Shown: positions 52,902 to 63,604 of the stretch, piece by piece
Layout of the letters: each line of letters begins with the position of its first letter
Numbering within the stretch: position 1 is the first letter of the stretch
DNA from: Alphaproteobacteria bacterium
GTDB lineage: Bacteria > Pseudomonadota > Alphaproteobacteria > MPNO01 > UBA830
Direction: 5' to 3'
Length of the DNA: 64,000 bases
Assembly: GCA_964291215.2 (NCBI GenBank)
Contig: OZ219791.1
Span: 640,001 to 704,000, forward strand
Notes under the pieces: generated by a model
What the model was told of the DNA's origin: nothing
The model's input: the letters and a program-made list of their open reading frames with translations, nothing else
Database searches by the model: none
Made by a program: the position numbers and the translations under genes

Positions 52902-53770
52902 GCGCCGGCGAGGAAAATCGCCGGCTGGGGAGGGGCCTAGAAGTCCTTTTCGGCGACAGGTTAGGCGCGAGCAACGCCGACGGGCGGGCGATGCGGACCC
53001 TTCCGATCAGCAGCCTCGTTGCGAATCCGCTCCAGCCGCGCCGGGTTTTCGGAGAGGCGGAACTTGCCGATCTGGTGCGCTCGGTAGGCGACAAGGGGGT
53101 CCTGCAACCCCTGATCGTCCGCCCGAGCGCCAACGAGCCTGATTTCTTCGAGATTGTTGCTGGGGAACGGCGCTGGCGGGCGGCCCAGCAGGCCGGGATT
53201 CACGAAGTGCCGGTCGTCGTTCGCAGCCTCGGCGACGAGGAGGCGCTCGCTGTCGCCCTCGTAGAAAACCTGCAGCGCGACGATCTGTCGCCGATCGAGG
53301 AAGCCGAGGCCTATGGAAGGTTGGCGCGGGAGTTCGGAAAGACCCAGGCCGAGGTCGCGGTAATCGTCGGCAAGAGCCGCCCTCACATCGCCAACACTTT
53401 GCGGTTGCTCGAACTGCCCGACGAGGTTCGCGGGATGGTTGCGGAGGGAACGCTGACGGCGGGGCATGCCCGAGCCATACTTGGCGCGGCCGACCCGGTG
53501 GCGATGGCGCGTGAAATCGTTGCCGGAAACCTCTCGGTCCGCGCAACCGAGGAGCGCGTTGCCGGTGGAAAGCGGAGCGGCCGTCGCGGCGGCGCAAGGG
53601 ACGCCGATACCGTGGCGCTGGAAAAGAGGCTGAGCGACCGGCTCGGTCTCAGGGTCAGTATCGCCGCTCGCGGTACGGGCGGAAAGCTGACGTTGTCCTA
53701 CACGTCCCTCGAACAGCTCGACGATCTGATCACGCGCCTGAGTATCGACCAACCTGCCGTTCGCCGGTGA
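52898..53770 (+). CDS. parB: Chromosome partitioning protein ParB
   Basis: LGRGL, GVLQP, AGERRWRA, ENLQR, KSRPHIANTLRLL. Confidence 0.96.
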   Translation: MSAGEENRRLGRGLEVLFGDRLGASNADGRAMRTLPISSLVANPLQPRRVFGEAELADLVRSVGDKGVLQPLIVRPSANEPDFFEIVAGERRWRAAQQAGIHEVPVVVRSLGDEEALAVALVENLQRDDLSPIEEAEAYGRLAREFGKTQAEVAVIVGKSRPHIANTLRLLELPDEVRGMVAEGTLTAGHARAILGAADPVAMAREIVAGNLSVRATEERVAGGKRSGRRGGARDADTVALEKRLSDRLGLRVSIAARGTGGKLTLSYTSLEQLDDLITRLSIDQPAVRR

Positions 53771-54079
53771 CCCGTGCGGCGCGGAACGCGACGGGCCGTG
53801 TCGGTGTGAGCTCTGGAGACCAACCGCTCCACCGGCAGTGCCGGTCTTCACATATGGTCGTTGCGATGCAGCAGCCAAAACATGCTGCGGGCCAGTGGTT
53901 GGAACAGGGCGGAGAGATGCGGAACAAAAGAGAGAGTCTAAACAAAGCAGGAATGGTCGCCGGATCGACGTCGTGCCGAGAGCATAAGCCCGTCGTCAGG
54001 AAGATTGGGGTTATGTACTATTTATATTTTATATCAGCAGGTTAAATAAACCCCACCATTGGGGGGGGGGGGGGCGGGT

Positions 54080-54455
54080 GTAAGCGTTCACTCGTGCGGT
54101 GAGGTGTTGTTGTTTAGGTCCGTTTGACGGGCTCTTGTCAGGGAGTTCCAGCGTCATCTGGAGTGGTTTCGTGTACGGCTGGGCGGGATGCGCGGTGAGG
54201 TTGGGCGGGCACTGGCGCCATGCCGTGGTTTCCGCATTGGTTGCGGTTTGTCCCGGCGCTGCGGAGGAGGAGCTGAGCGCCATCCTGTGCTGGTCGCGGC
54301 CGCGCTTCGATGACGCCCGCTACCCCTTCTTGCTCTTGCGCCCGTACATTGACTTCGACATCGACGACCCGTTCAGGCGAAGCTTGTCGCTCTCTGCTTC
54401 AAGCGCCCCAACCTGCTCCTTCAGCACCTTCACCTCGGCCTTCAGGCCGGCATTA
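54080..54455 (-). mobile_element. IS66 relic with large internal deletion
   Basis: 54080-54285 matches 15200-15395 and is joined directly to sequence matching ~19000-19135. Confidence 0.75.
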
Positions 54456-54456
54456 A

Positions 54457-55101
54457 TCATCGGAACGGGGCGGGCGGTGACGCAAGTCTGAGTTGCAGGG
54501 CAAAGTTCTCGAAGTCGTCAAGTGTGCGTTTTCCCGAGCAGTCGCTCACCGTGATCAGGGTGTCGAACACTTCCCTGCCGTCGGCTCGGTCTTCTGCGCC
54601 TTTGCCCAAGAACGCCAGCGATGCGAACCTGCAGGTTCGGCCATCGGGCAAACCCCGTGCCCGGCGAAGCCAACCGCGGCGGTCTCCCGGCTTCTGGACG
54701 GCCCGTTCGGCTTCAATGACGAAATGTTGCTTCTTCCTCTTGAAGAACCGCTTCAGGACATTCTCCGACAGGTCTGGCTTGGTATAGGCCTCGGTCGTTC
54801 TTGGACCAAAAAGCCCTTCCGGCGAGTGCTCCACCAAAAGCCAGCCGCCCTCGAACCAGCCCCTTTGCTGAACGATCCGTTTGTTCCGCCATCGCTCCTG
54901 TGCCTTGGAAATCCGCATGGGGCCGAGATCGGAAACGTCGATCACGAGCGTCCCGGCCTCAATCTTGCGCCATTTGGAAAGCTCGATCCGCTGGCCCGAG
55001 ATGTCACGGTCGACGGTTCCTGCTGCTGAGCTGTCCATGCCGGCCGTGGCCGTGAGAACGGCGGTCGCAATCAGGCCAGAAAGAACCTTGAACGGTGTCA
55101 T
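54457..55101 (-). CDS. Hypothetical exported protein
   Basis: 214-aa ORF with signal-peptide-like N-terminus and gaggt RBS; 3' end abuts the IS66 relic. Confidence 0.6.
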   Translation of the reverse strand: MTPFKVLSGLIATAVLTATAGMDSSAAGTVDRDISGQRIELSKWRKIEAGTLVIDVSDLGPMRISKAQERWRNKRIVQQRGWFEGGWLLVEHSPEGLFGPRTTEAYTKPDLSENVLKRFFKRKKQHFVIEAERAVQKPGDRRGWLRRARGLPDGRTCRFASLAFLGKGAEDRADGREVFDTLITVSDCSGKRTLDDFENFALQLRLASPPAPFR

Positions 55102-55326
55102 GATACCTCGTCGTGCGGGAAAGCCTTGCTGTCGCTACCAAGGTGGAAACCCTGTCGAATCCGTGCGGCAACGTCAGAAATCCCTGCCCGGTTGCCAGTG
55201 TGGATGACCATAACTGTCGGGTGAGAAAGGATCAACGGGAGGATGATACGGCGATTACGGCTTGTTTCTGCCTGCCTGAGATGCCGGCATGTCCGTCGCT
55301 GCCTGGTGCGGGATTTCGACATGAAT

Positions 55327-56151
55327 TTACCGCTTCGGTCGGCCCCACCGTTCAGGTGCCCTTGGCATGGGGCCGTTACGGGAGCCTCGTTCGTGCGGGC
55401 GCTCCCTCCGCAGGCGGTCAAGAACCCGGGAGACGGTGTCACGCGCGTCCATGCAGACTTCGCCGTCGGGCAACGGGGGCCGGTCGATCATCACGATCGG
55501 CGTGCCTGTATCGCGCGCCGCGGCAATCTTGGCATGGGTCGCCTGTCCGCCGGAGTTTCTCGTGACTACGATGTCGATTCCGTGTCTCTGCAGCAGTCCG
55601 GTTTCCTGCCGGATCGTGAATGGCCCGCGCCCGGTTACATGAATCGCGTCAGCAAGTGGAAGCCTGGTGCGTGGATCGATGGTACGCACCACGAAACGGG
55701 GCTTTTCAAGGCCGGAGAAGGCTGCCAGCTGTTGGTACCCGATCGCGAGAAACACGGTCTGTGCGGTATCCCCGATCAGCCGCGCCGCCTCGGCGACATC
55801 GCGTGCGTGCCGCCAGCAATCGCCAAGCGTTTCCGTCCATGCCGGACGGACCAGCTTCAGTCTCGGCGTCTGCGTTGCCGCAGCCGCCGTCGCGGCGTTG
55901 GCAGCGATGGCGGCCGCGAAGGGGTGCGTCGCGTCCACGAGCGCACTCACGGATGTCTGTTCCATCCATTCGGCCAGGCTGAGTGCGCCGCCGAATCCGC
56001 CGATCCTGATTTTGCAGCCGGCGGGCAAGGCTGGCCTTTCCGTGCGGCCCGCAAGCGCATAGGTAATGCTGCAGCGTCCAGCAAGTCCCTCGGCCACATC
56101 CACGGCTTCCGAGGTCCCGCCGAGTATCAGGATGTGGGGCCGGTCAGCCAT
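55327..56151 (-). CDS. cobK: Precorrin-6A/cobalt-precorrin-6A reductase
   Basis: ILILGGTSEA, GGFGG, VDATHPFA, RGPF, RNSGG. Confidence 0.92.
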   Translation of the reverse strand: MADRPHILILGGTSEAVDVAEGLAGRCSITYALAGRTERPALPAGCKIRIGGFGGALSLAEWMEQTSVSALVDATHPFAAAIAANAATAAAATQTPRLKLVRPAWTETLGDCWRHARDVAEAARLIGDTAQTVFLAIGYQQLAAFSGLEKPRFVVRTIDPRTRLPLADAIHVTGRGPFTIRQETGLLQRHGIDIVVTRNSGGQATHAKIAAARDTGTPIVMIDRPPLPDGEVCMDARDTVSRVLDRLRRERPHERGSRNGPMPRAPERWGRPKR

Positions 56152-57244
56152 CAGTCCGCGGTGCTGCCTCTCCCACCGGATTTCCGACCCGGTCGAAGAT
56201 GAGAACTCCGATGATGATGCCGGAGTTGCCGAGGGCCCGGGCGGCCGTCTTCCGGGCTTCGAGTGCGACGGCGTCGCCCAGGGGTACCCCGTCCGTGCGG
56301 GCGATCTCGAGCGCTTCGGCTGCCGAGCCCGCGATCCCGATGCGGCGGCCGGTAAAATCGCTGGCGCCGGCGGAGATGGCGAGGGCGGCGAGCTTCTCCG
56401 TATTCACCTGGCTGCGCCCCGAATGCAGGTCGAGATGCCCCTGTGCAAGCTTCGTGATCTTCGCGAACCCGCCGCCGATGTAAGCGACGGGAACGGGATG
56501 ATTGCGCAGGTACTTGAGCATGCCACCGGCGAAATCCCCCATGTCGATCATCGCGTAGTCTGGAAGTGACAGCATCCGGCGCACGGCATTCTCGGATGTT
56601 GCTCCGGTGCATCCGGCGACTACCGGCGCGCCTGCAGCGCGCGCGACATCGATGCCGCGATGAATGGATTCGATCCACGCCGCGCAGGAATACGGCACGA
56701 CGATGCCGGTGGTTCCGAGGATCGAGATACCGCCCTCGATCCCGAGGCGCGGATTCCATGTCTTGAGGGCGAGCTCGGCGCCGCCTTCGACCGAAACCGT
56801 GATGGTGACGTTGTCGTCACCGCCCCAGGCTTCGGCGACCTCGGTGATCGCCGATCGCATCATGGAGCGCGGCATGGGGTTGATCGCCGGTTCGCCGACG
56901 CCGAGCGGCAGGCCCGCCCGCGTCACCGTTCCGACGCCGTCGCCCGCGCGAAAGACAACCCCCGCGCCGGGCGGTGCGGGCCGGATCTCACTGATCACGA
57001 GCGCTCCGTGGGTGACATCAGGGTCGTCGCCCGCGTCCTTCACGATACCGGCGCGGGCCGAGCGGGCGGACAGCGCTTCGGTTGCGAGCGTGAAAGCCGG
57101 CGTCTCTCCCCGCGGCAACGTGATGCGAACCGGATCGGGGAACGAACCCGTGAGCAGCGCCGTGTAGGCGGCCTTGGTTGCCGCCGTCGCACAGGCGCCG
57201 GTCGTCCAGCCGCGCCGGAGCTTCCTGGCGGGCTTTCGTGTCAT
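56144..57244 (-). CDS. cbiD: Cobalt-precorrin-5B C1-methyltransferase
   Basis: LRRGWTTGACATAA, KDAGDDPDVTHG, NPRLGIEGGISILGTTG. Confidence 0.95.
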   Translation of the reverse strand: MTRKPARKLRRGWTTGACATAATKAAYTALLTGSFPDPVRITLPRGETPAFTLATEALSARSARAGIVKDAGDDPDVTHGALVISEIRPAPPGAGVVFRAGDGVGTVTRAGLPLGVGEPAINPMPRSMMRSAITEVAEAWGGDDNVTITVSVEGGAELALKTWNPRLGIEGGISILGTTGIVVPYSCAAWIESIHRGIDVARAAGAPVVAGCTGATSENAVRRMLSLPDYAMIDMGDFAGGMLKYLRNHPVPVAYIGGGFAKITKLAQGHLDLHSGRSQVNTEKLAALAISAGASDFTGRRIGIAGSAAEALEIARTDGVPLGDAVALEARKTAARALGNSGIIIGVLIFDRVGNPVGEAAPRTDG

Positions 57245-57317
57245 CCGGCGGTTCCGGATGCCCTTGATCCGGCGGCTTTCCGTCCCATCCGAGCCTTATA
57301 TGTGCTAAGCAACGCTG

Positions 57318-58157
57318 ATGAAATGGCCGACATTCTCGCTGCCCGAACCTGAACCCGGCTGGGTGTGGCTTACCGGTGCCGGTCCCGGTGATCCGGGACT
57401 GCTCACCCTGCATGCGCTCAACGGAATCCGCAATGCCGACGTGATCGTCCACGATACTCTGGTCAGCGACGAAATCCTTTCCCTTGCGGCGGTTGGATGC
57501 GAGATCATCCATGCCGGCAAGCGTGGGGGCAAGCCGTCGCCGCGTCAGCCCGACATCTCGGCGCGGCTGGTTTCCCTGGCGCGCGCCAAACGGCGCGTGA
57601 TCCGCCTCAAGGGCGGCGATCCGTTCGTGTTCGGGCGTGGCGGCGAGGAAGCGCTGGCGCTGGTAGCGGCCGGTGTTCCGTTCCGCATCGTTCCAGGGAT
57701 ATCGGCGGGAATCGGCGGTCTCGCCCATGCCGGCATTCCGCTCACTCATCGCGATGTCAATTCCGTTGTGACGTTCCTGACCGGCCACGGCGCCAGCGGC
57801 GAGGTGCCGGACGCCATCGACTGGCCCGCGCTTGCTGTTTCGTCGCCGGTGCTGGTGATCTACATGGCGCTGAAGCAGCTTGCGGTGATTCAGTCTAGGT
57901 TGCTGGCGGCCGGCCGGTCGCCGGACGAGCCCGTCGCCATCGTGTCGAAGGCGACCCGGGCTGAGGAAATCGTGCTCGAGACCGACCTTGGGAATTGCGT
58001 CGACGACATGCAGGCCGAAACCATCGAGCCCCCAGCCATCGTGGTGGTCGGTGAGGTCGTCCGGCTGCGCGCCGGCCTCGACTGGGTGGGCGCCATGGCA
58101 GGACGCAGCCTTCTCCCGGACCCTCCCGGTATCCGATCGTTCCGCCGTGCGAGTTGA
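57318..58157 (+). CDS. cobA: Uroporphyrinogen-III C-methyltransferase
   Basis: GAGPGDPGLLT, RLKGGDPFVFGRGGEE, VPGISAG. Confidence 0.93.
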   Translation: MKWPTFSLPEPEPGWVWLTGAGPGDPGLLTLHALNGIRNADVIVHDTLVSDEILSLAAVGCEIIHAGKRGGKPSPRQPDISARLVSLARAKRRVIRLKGGDPFVFGRGGEEALALVAAGVPFRIVPGISAGIGGLAHAGIPLTHRDVNSVVTFLTGHGASGEVPDAIDWPALAVSSPVLVIYMALKQLAVIQSRLLAAGRSPDEPVAIVSKATRAEEIVLETDLGNCVDDMQAETIEPPAIVVVGEVVRLRAGLDWVGAMAGRSLLPDPPGIRSFRRAS

Positions 58158-58199
58158 CGACTACCTTTGGGCACGGACGTATTGCCGGGCGCGCCTCTG

Positions 58200-59513
58200 A
58201 TGGCTGCCGCGCGAGGCGCTATCATCACCGCGCCCGCCTCGGGCAGCGGCAAGACCACCGTCACGCTCGGCCTTCTGCGGCATCTTGCGCGGAGTGGCAG
58301 CGCCGTTTCTTCCTTCAAGACGGGGCCCGACTATATCGACCCGGCCTTTCACGAGGCGGCCGGCGGCCGCCCTTGCCTTAACCTGGACAGTTGGGCGATG
58401 CGCCCGGAAACCCTCGCCGACCTGTATCAGGAGGCTGCCCGCGGTGCCGATATCGTCATCGGCGAGGGCGTGATGGGGCTGTTCGATGGTGGCTCCGGCG
58501 GTGTCGGGTCGACAGCCGAACTGGGCGCCTGTCTCGGACTTCCGATGATCCTGGTCGTTGACGCCAGTGCCCAGGGCCAGAGCGCTGCGGCAACGGTTCA
58601 CGGCTTCGCGACTTGGCGCAAGGATATCGGTGTCAACGGCATCATCTTCAATCGTGTCGGGAGCGATCGTCACGCGGCCCTGCTTCGCGAGTCGGCGGCA
58701 CCGCTCGAAATCCCGGTTATCGGCTGTTTGCCCCGGGCCACCGGCATTATCGTTCCCGAACGCCATCTCGGGTTGACGCAGGCGAGCGAACTGGCAGGAC
58801 TCGAAGAAATCCTCGACTCCGTTGCGGACATCGTGTCCACGCATCTCGACCTTGAGGCGTTCGACAGGGTTCTCGCCGAGGCGCCACGAGCGGAACGAAG
58901 TCCGGCTTCGCCGTCGATACCCCCCCTCGGCCAGCGCATCGCGATTGCCCGTGATGATGCGTTCCGCTTCTGCTATCGGCATGTCGTTGAAGGCTGGCGC
59001 CGCGCCGGCGCCGGGATCACGTTCTTTTCGCCGCTCGCCGGTGAGGCGCCGGACGAGGCAGCCGATGCTGTCTATCTCCCTGGAGGCTATCCCGAACTGC
59101 ATGCCAGCGTCCTTGCCGGCAACCGCGTCTTTGTTGATGGTCTGGCGGCCGCCGCGGACCGCGGTGCCGTGATCTATGGCGAATGCGGGGGCTACATGGT
59201 TCTCGGCCGATCGCTGACCGATGCCGGGGGCGTCGTCCACCGCATGGCCGGGCTGCTGCCGCTTGAAACCTCCTTTGCCGAACGGCGGCTGCATCTCGGC
59301 TACCGGCGGGCCAGTCTTGTTGCTGCCGGACCGCTTGGGCCGCGGGACGCGCGCTTTCGCGGGCATGAGTTCCACTATGCGACCACCTGCCGGGAAGACG
59401 GCGATGACGCGCTGTTCGCGCTTTCGGACATCGCGGGCGTGGCGATCGTTGCGGGCGGCCAGCGTCGCGGCCGCGTCATGGGTTCCTTCATCCATCTGAT
59501 CGATACGGAATGA
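58200..59513 (+). CDS. cobB: Cobyrinate a,c-diamide synthase
   Basis: SGSGKTT, FKTGPDYID, EGVMGLFDG, ERHLGL, GECGGYM, GHEFHY. Confidence 0.95.
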   Translation: MAAARGAIITAPASGSGKTTVTLGLLRHLARSGSAVSSFKTGPDYIDPAFHEAAGGRPCLNLDSWAMRPETLADLYQEAARGADIVIGEGVMGLFDGGSGGVGSTAELGACLGLPMILVVDASAQGQSAAATVHGFATWRKDIGVNGIIFNRVGSDRHAALLRESAAPLEIPVIGCLPRATGIIVPERHLGLTQASELAGLEEILDSVADIVSTHLDLEAFDRVLAEAPRAERSPASPSIPPLGQRIAIARDDAFRFCYRHVVEGWRRAGAGITFFSPLAGEAPDEAADAVYLPGGYPELHASVLAGNRVFVDGLAAAADRGAVIYGECGGYMVLGRSLTDAGGVVHRMAGLLPLETSFAERRLHLGYRRASLVAAGPLGPRDARFRGHEFHYATTCREDGDDALFALSDIAGVAIVAGGQRRGRVMGSFIHLIDTE

Positions 59514-59679
59514 TGCGTATGCGCCGTGTGTCGTCCCCGGCTCCCGACGCGCCCGCAGACATGCTCGCCGCGGTCGCGTGTTGCGCCTGACCACTGCGGA
59601 TTCCGGTGCAGGCGCCCCGCCCGCAGGTTTGACATTGATGCATGCCGAGCCCATAAGCCGGGCCCGAAGGACGAGGTCG

Positions 59680-59871
59680 ATGATCGAAATCATGATCGAG
59701 CAGTGGTCGCAGCGCGACGGGTCGGTGGACTGGATGTGGTCGATCTGGAGCGACGGCCAGCGGCGACACATGGGCGGTTCGCACGACTCTGCCGAGAGCG
59801 CCGAGATGGAGGCACGCGCCGCCTGCCACAAGCTGCTGGGGGCGCAACCCTACGAAGTAACGGTGCTTTGA
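59680..59871 (+). CDS. Small hypothetical protein (63 aa)
   Basis: gaggt RBS before MIEIMIEQW; protein-like composition. Confidence 0.55.
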   Translation: MIEIMIEQWSQRDGSVDWMWSIWSDGQRRHMGGSHDSAESAEMEARAACHKLLGAQPYEVTVL

Positions 59872-59980
59872 CTGCGCACACGGCGGCGGCCGGACATGGC
59901 TCTGGTGCTGCGATTTCGGTGCGGCGATTCTCGACATCCGGCATTCCGCGCAACCGCGGCATTCGTGGAGTCTGAACGGC

Positions 59981-61570
59981 GTGCTCAACACTACCTTTTC
60001 CACCGGCGGAATCGTGAGCGCCCCCCATCATCTTGCGGCCGACGCCGGCCGCGATGTGCTCCGGGACGGCGGCAACGCCATCGAGGCAATGATTGCGATG
60101 GCCGGCGTGATCGCCGTGGTCTATCCGCACATGAACGGCATCGGCGGTGACGGATTCTGGCTTGTCAAGCCCGCCGGCGCCGAACCGCTCGGAATCGATG
60201 CTTGTGGCGCCGCCGGACAGCGGGCGGCCGAATCCTTCTATCGCGCCTCCGGGCATGACGCGATCCCGCCGCGCGGCCCGCTCGCGGTCAATACGGTAGC
60301 GGGAACGGTGTCGGGATGGGGGGCGGCAATGGAGCTGGCGGCCCGCCTCGACGGACGCCTGGCCCGCCAGCGTCTGATGGAGCCGGCGATCGGCTTCGCG
60401 GAATCCGGTTTCCCGGTTACGGCCGGCCAGGCTCGGAACACGCGTCGACGGTCCGGCGAGTTGGGACCGCTGCCGGGGTTTTCGAAGGCCTTTCTTGCCG
60501 ACGGTGCGCCGCCTTCTGAAGGCGAACTCTTTTGCCAGCCGCGCCTTGCCGGCTCCCTCCGCAGGCTTGCGGCCGACGGTTTCGACAGTTTCTATCGTGG
60601 CATGCTGGCTCGCGACATCGCGGCGGATCTGGAACGGATCGGGTCTCCGTTGTCGGCCGACGATCTCGTCCGGCACCGGGCTCTGTCCGTGCAGCCGCTA
60701 TCGCTCCGGGTGTCGACGGGCATGCTGTGGAACATGCCGCCACCGACGCAGGGACTGGCGTCACTTATGATCCTCGGGCTGTTCGACCGGCTCGATGTCG
60801 ACGAGCCCGAATCCTTCACGCACATCCACGGGCTGGTGGAATGCGTGAAACAGGCATTCACGGTGCGTGATCGCCATGTTGAGGATCCGGAGGAAATGGA
60901 TGTCGTTCCCGCCGATTTTCTGGCCGATGACGAACTTGACCGCCGCGTGAGCGCGATAGGCATGGGGCGCGCATCGCCCTGGCCGGCATCCGTCGTCGTC
61001 GGCGACACGGTGTGGATGGGAGCGGTCGATAACCGGGGAAACGCGGTATCATTCATCCAGAGCCTGTTCTGGGAGTTCGGATCGGGAATGGTGCTCGATG
61101 AAACGGGTATCCTGTGGCAGAACCGTGGCGCCAGCTTCGCTCTTGGCGATGCGGCCGTGAACAGGCTGCGTCCGGGCCGTCGTCCCTTCCATACGCTGAA
61201 TCCGGCCATGGCAGAACGCGACGACGGCAACGTTCTGGCCTATGGCACGATGGGCGGAGAAGGCCAGCCTCAGACCCAGGCGCTGTTCTATACCCGGCAC
61301 GCGCAATTCGGACAGGGCTTGCAGCAGGCGATAACCGCGCCGCGCTTCGTCCTCGGGAGGACTTGGGGAGACACTGGGACCAACCTCAAGCTCGAGGCGC
61401 GGTTCGGGCATGAACTTGTCGACCGGCTGCGCGATGCAGGCCACGACATCGAGATGATCGACGAGTTCGACGATCTGGCAGGACATGCCGGCGCCGTGAT
61501 GAGGAGAAGTGACGGACTGCTCGAGGGGGCCGCGGACCCTCGCGCCGATGGCCGGGCTGCCGGCCTCTGA
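59981..61570 (+). CDS. Gamma-glutamyltransferase family protein
   Basis: GGNAIEA, GIGGDGF, GDTV (Ntn Thr), RPFHTLNP, GTMGGEGQPQ, ADPRADG. Confidence 0.93.
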   Translation: MLNTTFSTGGIVSAPHHLAADAGRDVLRDGGNAIEAMIAMAGVIAVVYPHMNGIGGDGFWLVKPAGAEPLGIDACGAAGQRAAESFYRASGHDAIPPRGPLAVNTVAGTVSGWGAAMELAARLDGRLARQRLMEPAIGFAESGFPVTAGQARNTRRRSGELGPLPGFSKAFLADGAPPSEGELFCQPRLAGSLRRLAADGFDSFYRGMLARDIAADLERIGSPLSADDLVRHRALSVQPLSLRVSTGMLWNMPPPTQGLASLMILGLFDRLDVDEPESFTHIHGLVECVKQAFTVRDRHVEDPEEMDVVPADFLADDELDRRVSAIGMGRASPWPASVVVGDTVWMGAVDNRGNAVSFIQSLFWEFGSGMVLDETGILWQNRGASFALGDAAVNRLRPGRRPFHTLNPAMAERDDGNVLAYGTMGGEGQPQTQALFYTRHAQFGQGLQQAITAPRFVLGRTWGDTGTNLKLEARFGHELVDRLRDAGHDIEMIDEFDDLAGHAGAVMRRSDGLLEGAADPRADGRAAGL

Positions 61571-61597
61571 CGGAAAGGGTTCTCCCGGCTCCGCCGC

Positions 61598-62023
61598 CTA
61601 CCACGCCCCGTCGGCACCGAAGGCGCGGGGAACGGTAACCAGGATTGACGAGCGGTCGTCGTGGAGGATGGTCACGACCGCCAATGGCAGATGAACCGCC
61701 GCGCCGTCGGCGGTGTCGAACCGGGCCTTGGTGATTGCCGAATACACGTGGAGTTCAAGCTCCTGCAGCGCCGTCAGGCGGATGCCGAGTTGTTCCAGAG
61801 CCAGCGACTGGTCCGAGGCGGACCTGTTCTCCCAGTCTTCTGCACAGTTCGAAAAGAAGCCTATGAGATCGCGCATGCGTCCCGCCTCGGCGGTCGAAAG
61901 CGGCTCGTCATGCTCGATCAGTTTGGCATATTGCGACGCTTCGAGAGCGGTCCAGAGGTCATGTCCGTTCTCGGCACGGTGCAGTTTCAGTGGTGCCGAA
62001 CGCAAGTCTGCCATGGTCACCAT
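61598..62023 (-). CDS. Hypothetical protein
   Basis: 141-aa ORF with normal composition, convergent with the GGT gene. Confidence 0.55.
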   Translation of the reverse strand: MVTMADLRSAPLKLHRAENGHDLWTALEASQYAKLIEHDEPLSTAEAGRMRDLIGFFSNCAEDWENRSASDQSLALEQLGIRLTALQELELHVYSAITKARFDTADGAAVHLPLAVVTILHDDRSSILVTVPRAFGADGAW

Positions 62024-62299
62024 ACAGACTGCGGAGGATGCACAGGCGTGTCAATGTCGAATCCCGCCTTCGTGAACGGGTGTGCGTCGCGATTGCAGGA
62101 AATCGAGGGCAATCTGTTGGCGGCGATTCAGAACGGCGGAAAACCGCGCTTTTGAGCGGTTGGCTGTGTGGATTGGGCGAACACGGGTACGAGGACATGC
62201 GGCGTTGACGAGAGGCCGCGCGGTCTTCGTTTTCTGCCTGTTGTCGGGTCCTGTGCTTTGGTGTTGATGATGTCGTTCCAGTCGGCGTTTTGTGGCGGT

Positions 62300-62500
62300 C
62301 GGCGTCTGTGGAACGTGACGTGAGGGGGACCTTCAGCCTTGTGCGCAGGGTTTCTGCCTGCCGTTCTCCGGCCTCGTCGTGGTCCTGCGCGAGAACGATG
62401 GTTCTGACGTTGGGGCTCCTTGCAGCGAGGCTGATCTGTTCGTGCTGGCGTCGCGAGGGCGCCCGGCGGTGGAGAAGAAGGCGCGGCTGGCGGGACATCC
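62300..62500 (-). pseudogene. Toprim-domain fragment
   Basis: RTIVLAQDHDEAGERQAETLR (DxD motif) without an intact gene around it. Confidence 0.5.
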
Positions 62501-62879
62501 GTCGGTCTGGGCCAGGCTGAGGGCTCGACCGTGCTTTCCTCAGGAGCCCGGATCACATGCCGGCAGAAAAACCGGAACCGGACCGAAACGACAACAGGGA
62601 AGAAAACGGGCGGCGTTCACAGAGACAAACAGACAAACACTGAAACCGCGACAACAGGACGTGACAACAAGAAAGAAACACGATCCTGAAAAGCGCGGCG
62701 AATCGCCGAAATCCCGCCGTTTTATGCAATCGACAACAGCGTGCGCTGGGCCGGACCAAGGGTTTTGCCCGCGCCAACGGCGCTACACCGACCCCCATAG
62801 CACGCCCAAGGAGATTTTCGTTGTGCCGCTGCGGCGCGACGCCCGGCGGCTACTGTCGCGCCCGCGGGCGCTGCCGGGC

Positions 62880-63604
62880 GCCGGCTCGCCCGGGCGCTTG
62901 CCGCCGACGGCAAGCGCATCCGCGGCGCTAACCGCAACGGCCACCACGAGACCGTGGCCCTCACGCCTCCGGCGCCCCCTTCGCGCTGTTGAACTTCGAC
63001 GACGGCGAGCTTGCGGCCACCTCCTCGAGCGCACCGATGTCCGCGGCAAGGTGATAACCCTCGACGCCACGACGCCGGCGACGCTGATCACCCGGCGCTG
63101 CGGCGCCGACTACGTCTTCTCGGTCAAGGGCAATGCGCCCGAAACCTTCGACATCCTCGACGGCATCGACTGGGAGCCACCGGCCGCTTCAAGGAGGAGC
63201 AAGGCCCACGGACGCCTCAAGCAGCGCTCGATACGTGCCGCTCAAGGGCCTGACCCCGGCGTCAGCCAGATTGCACGCATCAAGCGCTACCGCGAACCGC
63301 CGGGAAAGAGCGCCAGCGGCGCAGCAAGCGGCAACGACTACACCGAGTACATCATCACCTCGCTCAATGCGCAACACGCCAGAGGAACTGCTGCGGCCGC
63401 GGCCACCGGGCGGTGGAAAACATGAACCATAGGCAGAGAGACTGCGTCTTCGGCGAGGACGCCTGCCCGACCGGCTCCGCAAACCGCGCCAGCCTCAACA
63501 ACATCGCGCTCGCGGTGATCTTCGCCAACCGACGCGAGAGCCTCGCCGAAACACGGCGGCGGCTGCAGCTCGACCGCCGGGAAGCTGTCGCAGCCCGGCC
63601 CTGA
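62880..63604 (+). mobile_element. ISAs1-family transposase relic
   Basis: VITLDA, ADYVFSVKGN, KAHGR, ENMNHRQRDCVFGEDA spread over several frames. Confidence 0.8.

Noticed and set aside
55327-59513. Mix of cob and cbi genes as an unusual hybrid pathway
   Set aside because: cbiD alongside cobK, cobA and cobB is common in proteobacteria.
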